A stretch of DNA of 64,000 nt from Candidatus Hydrogenedentota bacterium (GTDB taxonomy: Bacteria; Hydrogenedentota; Hydrogenedentia; Hydrogenedentales; SLHB01), in assembly GCA_963674865.2 (NCBI GenBank), contig CAXXYE010000009.1, positions 512,001 to 576,000 on the forward strand. The letters are read 5' to 3'. The position numbers and the translations under genes are program-made. Shown here one piece after another: positions 28,846 through 37,256 of the stretch; the stretch's first letter is position 1; each line of letters starts with the position of its first letter. The notes beneath the pieces were generated by a model that searched no databases, was not told the DNA's origin, and saw only the letters and a list, made by a program, of their open reading frames with translations.

Positions 28846-28925
28846 TCTTTCTCCCTCCTTTGCATCAAAGATATTCGACTCTCCTTCACCGCAGAAAGGC
28901 ATACTTAGCCTCTACGGTATGCCGA

Positions 28926-28954
28926 ATTATACAAAACCGAATTCCAAAATGCAA
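28926..28954 (-). promoter_or_regulatory. Sigma70 promoter of the peptide array
   Basis: TTGCAT-17nt-TATAAT, followed immediately by a GGCATAC/GTATGCC hairpin (28898-28923). Confidence 0.65.
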
Positions 28955-29231
28955 GTCCTTTGTATCGTTCCTTTTATGGCAAGTTCCGGGGGAAGGAGAG
29001 GCCGGACGGAGCGATTCATCCGCGTGCGCGCGCCGCAAGAGAGGCTTTCCGGCGCGCGTGGGGGCGGTCAAAACGCGCCATTCCGACGCTACCCCATATG
29101 TTGTTATCTCGGTTGCGCGGCATCAATATATTCGACTCAGTTCAACATCGCCACGGAAATCTTGTCACTTTTGTTGACAATTAACCTCGGACCTTGCCTG
29201 AAAGGCCAACGACCATGTATGCTATGCGCCC

Positions 29232-29780
29232 ATGGGCAAGAAGACGGTACGATTCGCCTGCCATCATTGTCTTCATTGTTGCACGGATGTGGTCTGCCTG
29301 CCCACGCCCTGGGATGTGATCCGGATTGTCCGCGAGACACGTGAACGCCCCAAAGACTTCCTTGAGTTTCTCACGGCAGACGAGATCAGCGGCGTGGCCA
29401 AGTCCGACCCAACGTGGTTGAAGTGTAACGGCACGCGATACATTATGGCGCTCCGCCGCGGCAAGAAGGGCTGCTACTTTCTTTCCAGGAAACACGCCAG
29501 ATGCAAGATCTATGAAGCCAGGCCGATCCTCTGCCGCTTGTATCCCTTTAAGCTGCACGAGACACGGAGCGGGAAGTTCAAGGGATTCAGTCTTCACACG
29601 GATGTCGAATGCCCGCGTCATCGGAACGGCGTGGTGCCCACGGCTCCCCTATACACCCTCTACCTCGACGACAAGACACACCAAGAGGATTACGAGGATC
29701 TTGTGCGCGTCTTTAACGCACGACGTTCAAGTGATAAGCGTCCCAAGGATTTCATTAAACTCTTTGTTAAGGGGCGATAG
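29232..29780 (+). CDS. YkgJ-family cysteine-cluster (CxxCxxCC) protein
   Basis: FACHHCLHCC, CYFL, CKIYEARPILCRLYPF. Confidence 0.85.
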   Translation: MGKKTVRFACHHCLHCCTDVVCLPTPWDVIRIVRETRERPKDFLEFLTADEISGVAKSDPTWLKCNGTRYIMALRRGKKGCYFLSRKHARCKIYEARPILCRLYPFKLHETRSGKFKGFSLHTDVECPRHRNGVVPTAPLYTLYLDDKTHQEDYEDLVRVFNARRSSDKRPKDFIKLFVKGR

Positions 29781-29786
29781 GCATCT

Positions 29787-31067
29787 GTGGATTTATCTAT
29801 AGCACTAATTGATTGTCCGCCGGCCCGGGTTGCCGCAGTCGTTGAGGCCATTACGCCGAGACTTGCCGAATGTGGGGCAACGGCCGAGTTCCTTGTGTTT
29901 GGGGAGCCTTCAGAGCCCGTTGACAGCGGCGTCTCACCACCTTATCCAGTCCACTTCATCCATTCGGAAGGCCCGGGCTACGCGGCGCAATTGAAGGCTG
30001 CCCGGCAATCCTGCGCGGGAAGGTGGCTTATCACCCTCGATTCGCCAAGTCCGGACGACGCGATGCTTGTCTTCGCGTTCTGGCATCAGCGCGAGGCCGC
30101 GGCTCTGTTGATTGCCTCACGGTATGCTCGCGGCGGATCGTACCAGATGCCTTGGCGACGGGCGCTGTTGAGCCGGAGCCTGAACTGGTTGTACCGCGTG
30201 GGTCTCTCGGTGGACGTGTGTGATCTGTCCAGCGCAAACCGCATGTACCGCGCCGACTTGCTCAGGCGCGTGGCTCTCGAAGGACGCGGATATGATGTGC
30301 TCATGGAGGCCTTGCTGAAGGTCATGGCGCTGGGCGGCCGCGTCAAAGAAGTCCCGTGGCATTACGCATCGAGCAACAAGCGCCGCGCGCCTCGATCTAC
30401 GACGGCCCGCCTCATTCGCGATAGCGCGGCCACTTTCTGGCGGATGCACGCTCTGCGCAATAGCGTCGACTTCCCCGACTACGACTTTCGCGCCTTTGAC
30501 AGCCGGATCTGGTTTCAGCGCTATTGGCAGCGCAAGCGATTCTATATCATACGCGATCTCTCGCCGGGCGACGGACGTCTCCTCGACGCGGGATGCGGCA
30601 CAAGCCGGATCATCACGACCCATCCCGAGGCATACGCGCTGGATATCACCTTCAGTAGACTTGCCTTTCTCAAGGAGACGAATCCGCGTCGCCTCCAGGC
30701 CACGGCGGGAGCGCTGCCCTTCCCGGACGAGGCCTTTGATACCGTCATCTCATCCGAGGTCATCGAGCACACGCCCGAGCGCACCTGCCTGTTGGAGGCC
30801 GTTCGTGTCTTGCGGAGCGGCGGCATCCTGGTCGTGGGCACTCCGGACTACGGAAGGCTTTGGTGGCCTGTTATCGAGAAGATCTACGGATGGGTCAAGC
30901 GCGGCGGCTACGCCGACGAACACATCACGCACTACACGTGCGAGTCGTTGACACAAGAGTTGAAAGCGCTGGGATGCGAGGTCGAGGCGGTCCGCTACAT
31001 CTGCGGCGCGGAAATGATCATCCGCGCAAGGAAAGGGACTGCCGCGTCAAACGCGGACGAAACCTGA
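29787..31067 (+). CDS. GT2 (Dol-P-Man synthase-like, degenerate) fused to class I SAM methyltransferase
   Basis: IASRYARGG, DLSSANRMYR, KEVP (GT2 C-terminal half); LLDAGCG, LPFPDEAFD, SEVIEH, RVLRSGG (methyltransferase). Confidence 0.8.
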   Translation: MDLSIALIDCPPARVAAVVEAITPRLAECGATAEFLVFGEPSEPVDSGVSPPYPVHFIHSEGPGYAAQLKAARQSCAGRWLITLDSPSPDDAMLVFAFWHQREAAALLIASRYARGGSYQMPWRRALLSRSLNWLYRVGLSVDVCDLSSANRMYRADLLRRVALEGRGYDVLMEALLKVMALGGRVKEVPWHYASSNKRRAPRSTTARLIRDSAATFWRMHALRNSVDFPDYDFRAFDSRIWFQRYWQRKRFYIIRDLSPGDGRLLDAGCGTSRIITTHPEAYALDITFSRLAFLKETNPRRLQATAGALPFPDEAFDTVISSEVIEHTPERTCLLEAVRVLRSGGILVVGTPDYGRLWWPVIEKIYGWVKRGGYADEHITHYTCESLTQELKALGCEVEAVRYICGAEMIIRARKGTAASNADET

Positions 31068-31149
31068 CGCGTCAGCCGGGCCTTGCGGCGCCGCTAGCGG
31101 CTCTTGCACCGATTTTGACGGGGAGGCCATTTTCTGTGGGATCGCATCT

Positions 31150-31755
31150 ATGAATAAAACCGGGGGAAAGGTGTACTCATCCAACAGAGCTATGGACGCA
31201 GCAACTTTGGATGAAGCCGCCGTTGTTTTGGAGGCGCGTCAGGGAAGCCGGGAGGCTTTTGGCGCGCTGGTAAAGGCTTACCAGCGCCGGGCGTACGCCA
31301 TTGCGTTCACCTTCGTGCGCAACCGCGAGGACGCCCTGGAGTTGGCCCAGGAGTCCTTCGCCAGGGCGTACAAGGCCATGCACCGGTTCGACGCCAGACG
31401 GCCCTTCTATCCTTGGTTGTACCGCATCATCAAGAACACCTGTTTGAACCATTTGAAACGCAAGCGAAGGCACGGCGAGATCTCGCTCGAAGGATTGCAG
31501 GCGGCAGGCTACGATCCCGCCGACGACACTATCGGGCCGGAACGGGCCGCGGCCCTCACCGATCTCCAGCGGGCTATCGCCCACGCCATGGAGCGTTTGC
31601 GTCCGGAACACCGGGAGATTCTCATGCTGCGGCACTTCGAGGAGTTGTCGTACGCCGAGATCGCCGCGTGTCTCGATATTCCCGAAGGGACCGTTATGTC
31701 GCGGCTTCACGCCGCACGGCGGAGTCTCCGCATGGAACTCGAGGGCGACGTATGA
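31150..31755 (+). CDS. ECF RNA polymerase sigma factor
   Basis: Region 2 (DALELAQESF...FYPWLYRIIKN) and region 4 (LSYAEIA...GTVMSRLHAAR); start may be 31192. Confidence 0.92.
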   Translation: MNKTGGKVYSSNRAMDAATLDEAAVVLEARQGSREAFGALVKAYQRRAYAIAFTFVRNREDALELAQESFARAYKAMHRFDARRPFYPWLYRIIKNTCLNHLKRKRRHGEISLEGLQAAGYDPADDTIGPERAAALTDLQRAIAHAMERLRPEHREILMLRHFEELSYAEIAACLDIPEGTVMSRLHAARRSLRMELEGDV

Positions 31756-31830
31756 AGACGCTCCCCCGAGTGCGGCATACATCGGCCAAAGCATTGGGAG
31801 GCGGAAAGGCCCGCCGCGAAACCCAAACGG

Positions 31831-32283
31831 ATGGTTGTTATGCGTGAATCATGTGAGACGATCCAAACCTTGATCTCCGGTTGCCTGGACGGGGAACTCA
31901 GTCCAGGCGATCAGGCCAGACTCGAGGAGCATCTCGCCTCCTGCGAGGTCTGCCGCAAGGAGTTCGAGCGAATGAAAACCCTTGTCGCAGCCACAGATGA
32001 ACTCGGCATTGAGCCGCCTCCCGAGGAAGTGTGGGACACCTTTCTCGAAGGCGTCTATAACCGCGCCGAACGCCAAACCGGCTGGTTTGTCTTCATTGTC
32101 GGCGCCGTGGCCTTGGCCGCGTTTGGCGTTTATCTGTTCGTGGTGGAGCCGTGGGCCTCCGCCGCGCTGAAGCTCCTCATCGCCACCCCCATTGTCGGAT
32201 TACTCATCGTCTTCATATCGGTCCTCCGGCAACGGCTGTTCGTAGCCAAGACCGACCGATACAGCAGGGAGATCAAACGGTGA
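31831..32283 (+). CDS. Zinc-finger (zf-HC2) transmembrane anti-sigma factor
   Basis: HLASCEVC (HxxxCxxC) motif and two TM helices, downstream of the ECF sigma. Confidence 0.85.
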   Translation: MVVMRESCETIQTLISGCLDGELSPGDQARLEEHLASCEVCRKEFERMKTLVAATDELGIEPPPEEVWDTFLEGVYNRAERQTGWFVFIVGAVALAAFGVYLFVVEPWASAALKLLIATPIVGLLIVFISVLRQRLFVAKTDRYSREIKR

Positions 32284-32630
32284 TAGTCGTCACGACGGAT
32301 ACTATCCCAGGCAAGCGGATCGTCAAGATCCTCGGCCTTGTCCGCGGCAACACGGTTCGGTGTCGCCACCTCGGGAAGGACATCCTCGCCGTGTTCCGCA
32401 ACGTGGTTGGCGGGGAAGTCGAAGAGTACACGAAGATGCTCGCCGAGTCGCGGGAACAGTCCATCGACAGAATGATGCACGAGGCCAAGCGACTCGGCGC
32501 CAACGCCATCGTCGCGGTGCGCTTCGGCACCTCGAGCATGATGCAGGGCGCCGCCGAGCTGCTGGTGTACGGGACGGCCGCCATTATTGAGGACGCGCCC
32601 GCTCGGAAGGAGGAACAAGAGGATGCATGA
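32280..32630 (+). CDS. YbjQ/UPF0145 family protein
   Basis: TTDTIPG, GGEVEEYTKML, LGANAIVAVRF, YGTA; GTG overlaps the upstream stop. Confidence 0.9.
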   Translation: MIVVTTDTIPGKRIVKILGLVRGNTVRCRHLGKDILAVFRNVVGGEVEEYTKMLAESREQSIDRMMHEAKRLGANAIVAVRFGTSSMMQGAAELLVYGTAAIIEDAPARKEEQEDA

Positions 32631-32844
32631 CGCCCCCGCCGTGTTAGGCGGCAGCATTCTGGCTCTGCTGCTGTTGCTGGTTGGTTTTGGAGGAGCCATC
32701 CTCTGGCTGATCAGTATTATCTGGGCCTACGGCGACGCGGAGAAGCGCGGCAAGTCAGGCTGCCTTATAGCGATTGTTGTGGCCCTTCTGAGCTGGCCTC
32801 TCGGCTTGATCCTGTGGATTGCGCTACGCCCCCCGGAGGAGTAG
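32623..32844 (+). CDS. Small membrane protein
   Basis: Hydrophobic helices with WAYGDAEKRGKSG and WPLGLILWIALRP. Confidence 0.7.
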   Translation: MHDAPAVLGGSILALLLLLVGFGGAILWLISIIWAYGDAEKRGKSGCLIAIVVALLSWPLGLILWIALRPPEE

Positions 32845-32846
32845 CG

Positions 32847-33809
32847 TCAATCGGCAGAGCCGGGCGGGGTGGCCGTCAGGCTGCGCACCAGTAGTTCCTC
32901 GAAGGCAGCGAGGTCCGTCCAACCTACGCCACAATGAACCGGCCGGCCGGCCTCATCGGGAACAGTCCTGCCCTCGTCATCCACAATGAGGTCGACGCAT
33001 TTCATCTTCAAAAGGGCGTCGTTGAACGTGAGGTAAGCCGCCACCGTATCGTACAAGACGCTGCTGGCGTTTGCCGGATGATGACTGCGGTTCGCCCATT
33101 GGCCGTAGTTCTCCATAACTACCTTGGCGAGCGGATTCTCCGACGACGCGACTCGTGCGTAGCGCTCCCCGCTCAGGCGCAGTGTGCCGCAGCAATCCAG
33201 CGGCGCCATCGTGATCTCCCACGGCGCAGCAAACACGACCTTGGCGGCGGCCACGTCCTTGACGACGTTATACTCGGCGGCGCGTCCCGGCTTGCCGTCA
33301 TAGCCGATGTCCACGCTGCCCGCCATCGTGACAACACGCGCCTTTTCCGCAATGGCCGGATCCCGTTCGAGCGCCGCCTTCAGGTTCGTCTGCGGCCCAA
33401 TAACCAAGAGCGTCACGGGATCCTTCGATGCGGCGATGAAATCGATCATCGCCTGGATACCATCCTCATGAACCTCCCCGCCGTAGTCCTTGAGTTGGTA
33501 ATCGCCCAGCCACGCGGCCTGATTCAACGGATGATCGCTTGTCTTTGCGCCCGTACCGATGGGGATGTCGGCCCGTCCGACCCGTTCGAGGATCTTCGCC
33601 ACGAGGCGTGTCTTGGCGGGCGTGTCATCCGAGGCGGTAACGATGAGCTTCAAACTGATCTCCGGACAACCGAGAAGCATGGCGAGAGCCCACGTATCGT
33701 CGATGTCATCCCCCAGGTCGGTATCGAGAATCACGGGCACTGGTTCATCCTGCGCCGCCGCACAGCATAGGCAGCCGGGCAGCATCTGCATCAAAGACAT
33801 CATAAGCAC
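32847..33809 (-). CDS. Nucleoside hydrolase family protein
   Basis: DTDLGDDIDD, IGPQTN, EYNV motifs; AGGAGG RBS. Confidence 0.85.
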   Translation of the reverse strand: MLMMSLMQMLPGCLCCAAAQDEPVPVILDTDLGDDIDDTWALAMLLGCPEISLKLIVTASDDTPAKTRLVAKILERVGRADIPIGTGAKTSDHPLNQAAWLGDYQLKDYGGEVHEDGIQAMIDFIAASKDPVTLLVIGPQTNLKAALERDPAIAEKARVVTMAGSVDIGYDGKPGRAAEYNVVKDVAAAKVVFAAPWEITMAPLDCCGTLRLSGERYARVASSENPLAKVVMENYGQWANRSHHPANASSVLYDTVAAYLTFNDALLKMKCVDLIVDDEGRTVPDEAGRPVHCGVGWTDLAAFEELLVRSLTATPPGSAD

Positions 33810-34017
33810 GCTTGTTCCTCCTGGTAATCTGCCCAGACTCTAGCGTGGCGGGAAGCGCCGCGTCCAATCGACGCAGGGCGTCACTTCGCCCGAGCTGACG
33901 AGAGGACGTCCGCGCCGGGAAGAAATGGCACGCCCGTTCCGTGTAGAATGAGAGTAGACTGCAACGCTTCAGGCGCTGGCGGCGCAAAGTCGGTTCCGGC
34001 CGGGAAAACACGACGGT

Positions 34018-34806
34018 TTGAGTCAGTATCAATACACATCCAGGTTTCATATCCACCGCGAGTCGATAACGTGGGCGGTTCAACGGCTCATGATCGTCAA
34101 TATTCTCGTTTTCGCGGCGCAACTCGTGCTCGAAGTGCCCTTCGGGCTGGACGTCCGCGGCACTGTGGGCGCGGATATACCTGGGGGATTTCTGACTCGA
34201 TGGCTCGCCTTCCAGCCGCTGGGCTTCCTGCGAGGACAAGTCTGGAAGCCGCTGACGTACATGTTTCTCCATGCCGATCTGACTCACCTGTTCATGAACA
34301 TGCTGTGGCTTTTCTTCTTCGGCACGGCCGTGGAACGCGCGCTGGGAACACGCCAGTTCATACGATTCTATCTGATCTGCGGCGGCCTGGGCGTGTTGGC
34401 GACGTTCGTCCGCACACTGACGGGAGCGGGGCTGAGTATCTCGGTTGTCGGCGCCAGCGGCGCCGTGATGGGCGTGCTGGTGGCCTTTGCCATGGTCGAT
34501 CCGGAACGCCGGTTCTTTCTGTTCCCGCTGCCGATTCCCATTAATGCCAGGGCGCTTGTGCTTATTGTGGTGGTCATGAATGTCTTTTCCGCGCTTAGGC
34601 CCGACGGGCATCGTTCGGTGGCGACGCACTTCGGCGGAATGTTGGCCGGATATGCCTACATGAAACTCGTGCCCATGTGGACGCGGGCTCGCGCGGCGCG
34701 CAGTCGCCGCCGGAACGCAGCGCCCGAGAAGGACGAAGATGCCTTGAAAGAGGCCGTGGACAACATCTTTCGTCTTGAAGATCGGGATCAGTGGCGGAGG
34801 CGCTAG
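34018..34806 (+). CDS. Rhomboid family intramembrane serine protease
   Basis: WKPLTYMFLH, HLFMNM, GASG (catalytic Ser), THFGG (catalytic His). Confidence 0.9.
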   Translation: MSQYQYTSRFHIHRESITWAVQRLMIVNILVFAAQLVLEVPFGLDVRGTVGADIPGGFLTRWLAFQPLGFLRGQVWKPLTYMFLHADLTHLFMNMLWLFFFGTAVERALGTRQFIRFYLICGGLGVLATFVRTLTGAGLSISVVGASGAVMGVLVAFAMVDPERRFFLFPLPIPINARALVLIVVVMNVFSALRPDGHRSVATHFGGMLAGYAYMKLVPMWTRARAARSRRRNAAPEKDEDALKEAVDNIFRLEDRDQWRRR

Positions 34807-34856
34807 AGAAGGGCCCGGCGTCCCGGCCACAGATCTACAAGGGGTGAGGAGAAGCC

Positions 34857-35180
34857 ATGTTCGGTTCTTTGGGTTTCCAGGAATTGCTCATCCTCATCTT
34901 CGCGATCGCGGTGCTGAGCATCACGGGGCTATGGCCAGCGATTGTGCGCGGACTGCGGGAACTTCGCGGCGAATCTACGGAAACGCCTCCGGCCCCCGGC
35001 GACGACCTCGAAGTGTGCTACAAACTCCTCGGACTTTCGCCGTCCGCTTCATGGCCCGAAGTCGAGCGCGCCTACCGGGAGAAGGCCAAGGTTCACCATC
35101 CGGATCGCGGGGGAGATGACGACGCGATGCGCGCGCTGAATGACGCATACGCACGCCTCAAAGCAATCCGCTCCAAATAA
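34857..35180 (+). CDS. Membrane-anchored J-domain protein with TatA-like N-terminus
   Basis: MFGSLGFQELLILI... N-terminus; YKLLGL...AYREKAKVHHPDRGG J-domain. Confidence 0.8.
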   Translation: MFGSLGFQELLILIFAIAVLSITGLWPAIVRGLRELRGESTETPPAPGDDLEVCYKLLGLSPSASWPEVERAYREKAKVHHPDRGGDDDAMRALNDAYARLKAIRSK

Positions 35181-35219
35181 ATAAAGGCGGCCCCGCGCCT
35201 TCAAGACGCCGGGTCGCCC
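35178..35219 (-). terminator. Probable intrinsic terminator between convergent genes
   Basis: GGCGGCCC...GGGTCGCC stem preceded on the plus strand by an A-rich tract (U-tract on the minus strand). Confidence 0.5.
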
Positions 35220-35239
35220 TGGTGCTACGTCTTCTTCGT

Positions 35240-37156
35240 TTACATCTCATCCGGCGCAAGGTAAACCGTCAAGCCGCCCTTTACGATGCTTCCCGAGGCC
35301 TCCTTATTGGCGCGGATCTCGCGGATCACAGACGCGATCCTATCCATATTCTGCGTCGCCGGCGAAGGCATGCCACCCGACATGATGGGCGTCACGACCT
35401 GCTTCAGAAGCCCATTCTGCACGAAAAGCATGCTGTATCTCGGCGTGGCCGGATCCATGGGCGGGTCGAGCGATTCGAGCAGGCGAGATGAGGCGCCGGC
35501 GGCGACGCGGTCGATCATCCCTTTCATCTCGTCGACGTCACTGGCGATCAGAAGCGCGTTCCCGGGATAGCCGTAATAGATCGGCGCGGGGACGGGAAGC
35601 ACCGCCTGGAAGATGTCGATATCGTTGTATTGTTCGGCGGGCGCCGAGCCTGACGCCCCGAGGCCGAACATGGCCAGGAATCCCTTGGCCTGTTCGACGT
35701 TGGCCAGGTTAAGCATAGCGACAAACTTCGGAAAGCCGTTCGAGGCGCCCGTCACCGCGAGGGCGACTTCGTCGCCAAGCATGCCGACCACCTGCTTGGC
35801 CATACCCATGGCCATGGCGAACTGGGGCGAGCCCTGAAGCTCCGGCGGCATGGCGGTGGTCCATTGCTGCTCCATTTGGGCCTTCGATTCCGGCGTAAGG
35901 CAGAAGGCAAGCGCGGCGAGGGAATCCTTGGGTAGGCACTTGGCGAGTTGAAGGGGGATGGCCTTCCCCGTAAGTTCAAGTATCCCGGGGAATTTGGCCG
36001 TATCGAATTGGGACAGTATCTCGATCGCTTGGTCGCTCCAGCGAACTCCGGCAACCACCGGCTCCGTCGCCTTTCCGTAGACAGTGGTGAGCTTCTGTAG
36101 CAGCCCATTCAGGGCCGGCGCCGGCACGTCAGTCGGAAACAGCATCGGAAGCATCGGCCCCACGACCTCGAGCGTCGCGGCAAGCCGGTCCATCCTGATG
36201 GCCTCGATGAATTCGTCATCCTCGCTGGCCGGGAAAGCCGCTGTGCCGTAAGGGAATTCGATCGGAGTAGCCTTGGGAGCGGCGACCTCTTTGACGAGTT
36301 CCAGTGAGGTCCCAAACACGATCTTGCCGTCGGCCAGGAAGTAGCTGAATCCAGCCGGGCCGTAATCTTGAATGGTAACACCGTTGACTTCTATGCCCGC
36401 CGGTTCAACGCCCGCAAACTGGGGCATCTCTCCGAGGATATCGCGGAGCGTCTTCTCCGCCAAAGTTGCCTCGGAACAGGCCGCGGCCACAACAATGGCA
36501 GGCATGGGCTGTACGTCGAATGCCGGAGCTTCAACCGAAGTAACCGAGGTATCGGCTGTCTCGGACTCATCCCCCCGCTGGGGTGGTTCCTGTTCTTGGG
36601 CAGGCGAGCTGCCATCAGGCGCCGGTGTCTCCTCGCCTGTGTCCGCGGCCTGCTTCTGAGCTTCGAGTTGGGCCGCCAAGGACCGGCAGGCTTCCTCGGT
36701 AGGACGAAGGTCGACGAAGATCGCCAGAGAGCCTTCGGGATCGAATCCTTTGGCGAGGAGGATATCCGCAAAGGATTCAGCCGTCGCTACGTCGAACTTG
36801 GCAGCCGCCTCCGCTACGGCTTCGGCGATCAACGCGTCGATATCCGTACCCTCGGGCGCCAAACGCTTGGCAAGGGCAACAGCCTTTTCGTAAAGCCTGT
36901 CAGGGCACGGTAAAACGGCAGCCGCGGCAGCCGATTCGGGCATGAGGTGCAACGCCTGAAGCGCCGGCGATTCCGGGGCCTTCTCCACCGCCTCCGGCTC
37001 AGGCGCCTTTGTCTCAACGGGCTCACGCACTCCCGCCGGCGGGCCTCCCTCTTCCTTGCCGCCGCATCCGGTCAACCACATCGCTGTTACGGCCACGAAG
37101 ACCGCGGTGCCGACTATGCACCAAGCCCACCGCCACGTCGCTTTCCGGTATCTCAT
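35240..37156 (-). CDS. Large hypothetical lipoprotein
   Basis: Signal peptide with lipobox LTGC; Pro/Glu-rich linker. Confidence 0.75.
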   Translation of the reverse strand: MRYRKATWRWAWCIVGTAVFVAVTAMWLTGCGGKEEGGPPAGVREPVETKAPEPEAVEKAPESPALQALHLMPESAAAAAVLPCPDRLYEKAVALAKRLAPEGTDIDALIAEAVAEAAAKFDVATAESFADILLAKGFDPEGSLAIFVDLRPTEEACRSLAAQLEAQKQAADTGEETPAPDGSSPAQEQEPPQRGDESETADTSVTSVEAPAFDVQPMPAIVVAAACSEATLAEKTLRDILGEMPQFAGVEPAGIEVNGVTIQDYGPAGFSYFLADGKIVFGTSLELVKEVAAPKATPIEFPYGTAAFPASEDDEFIEAIRMDRLAATLEVVGPMLPMLFPTDVPAPALNGLLQKLTTVYGKATEPVVAGVRWSDQAIEILSQFDTAKFPGILELTGKAIPLQLAKCLPKDSLAALAFCLTPESKAQMEQQWTTAMPPELQGSPQFAMAMGMAKQVVGMLGDEVALAVTGASNGFPKFVAMLNLANVEQAKGFLAMFGLGASGSAPAEQYNDIDIFQAVLPVPAPIYYGYPGNALLIASDVDEMKGMIDRVAAGASSRLLESLDPPMDPATPRYSMLFVQNGLLKQVVTPIMSGGMPSPATQNMDRIASVIREIRANKEASGSIVKGGLTVYLAPDEM

Positions 37157-37256
37157 GTATCTTCCCTCCGATTGGCCGGCCCGCGCCGGTTCACCCCGCC
37201 ATGACGCTCACTTACCTTAGCAGATCGGCCAAAGAGGCACAAAGCATTTCCGAGTG

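Noticed and set aside
27428..29344. ORF-track ORFs of 60-170 aa in the carA-YkgJ gap (e.g. 27574-28047, 28124-28588, 28838-29344)
   Set aside because: No RBS or motifs and atypical composition; the three short RBS-led paralogous ORFs explain the region better
33926..33941. Sigma54 promoter TGGCACG-N4-TTCC upstream of the rhomboid gene
   Set aside because: The -12 element reads TTCC instead of the near-invariant TTGC
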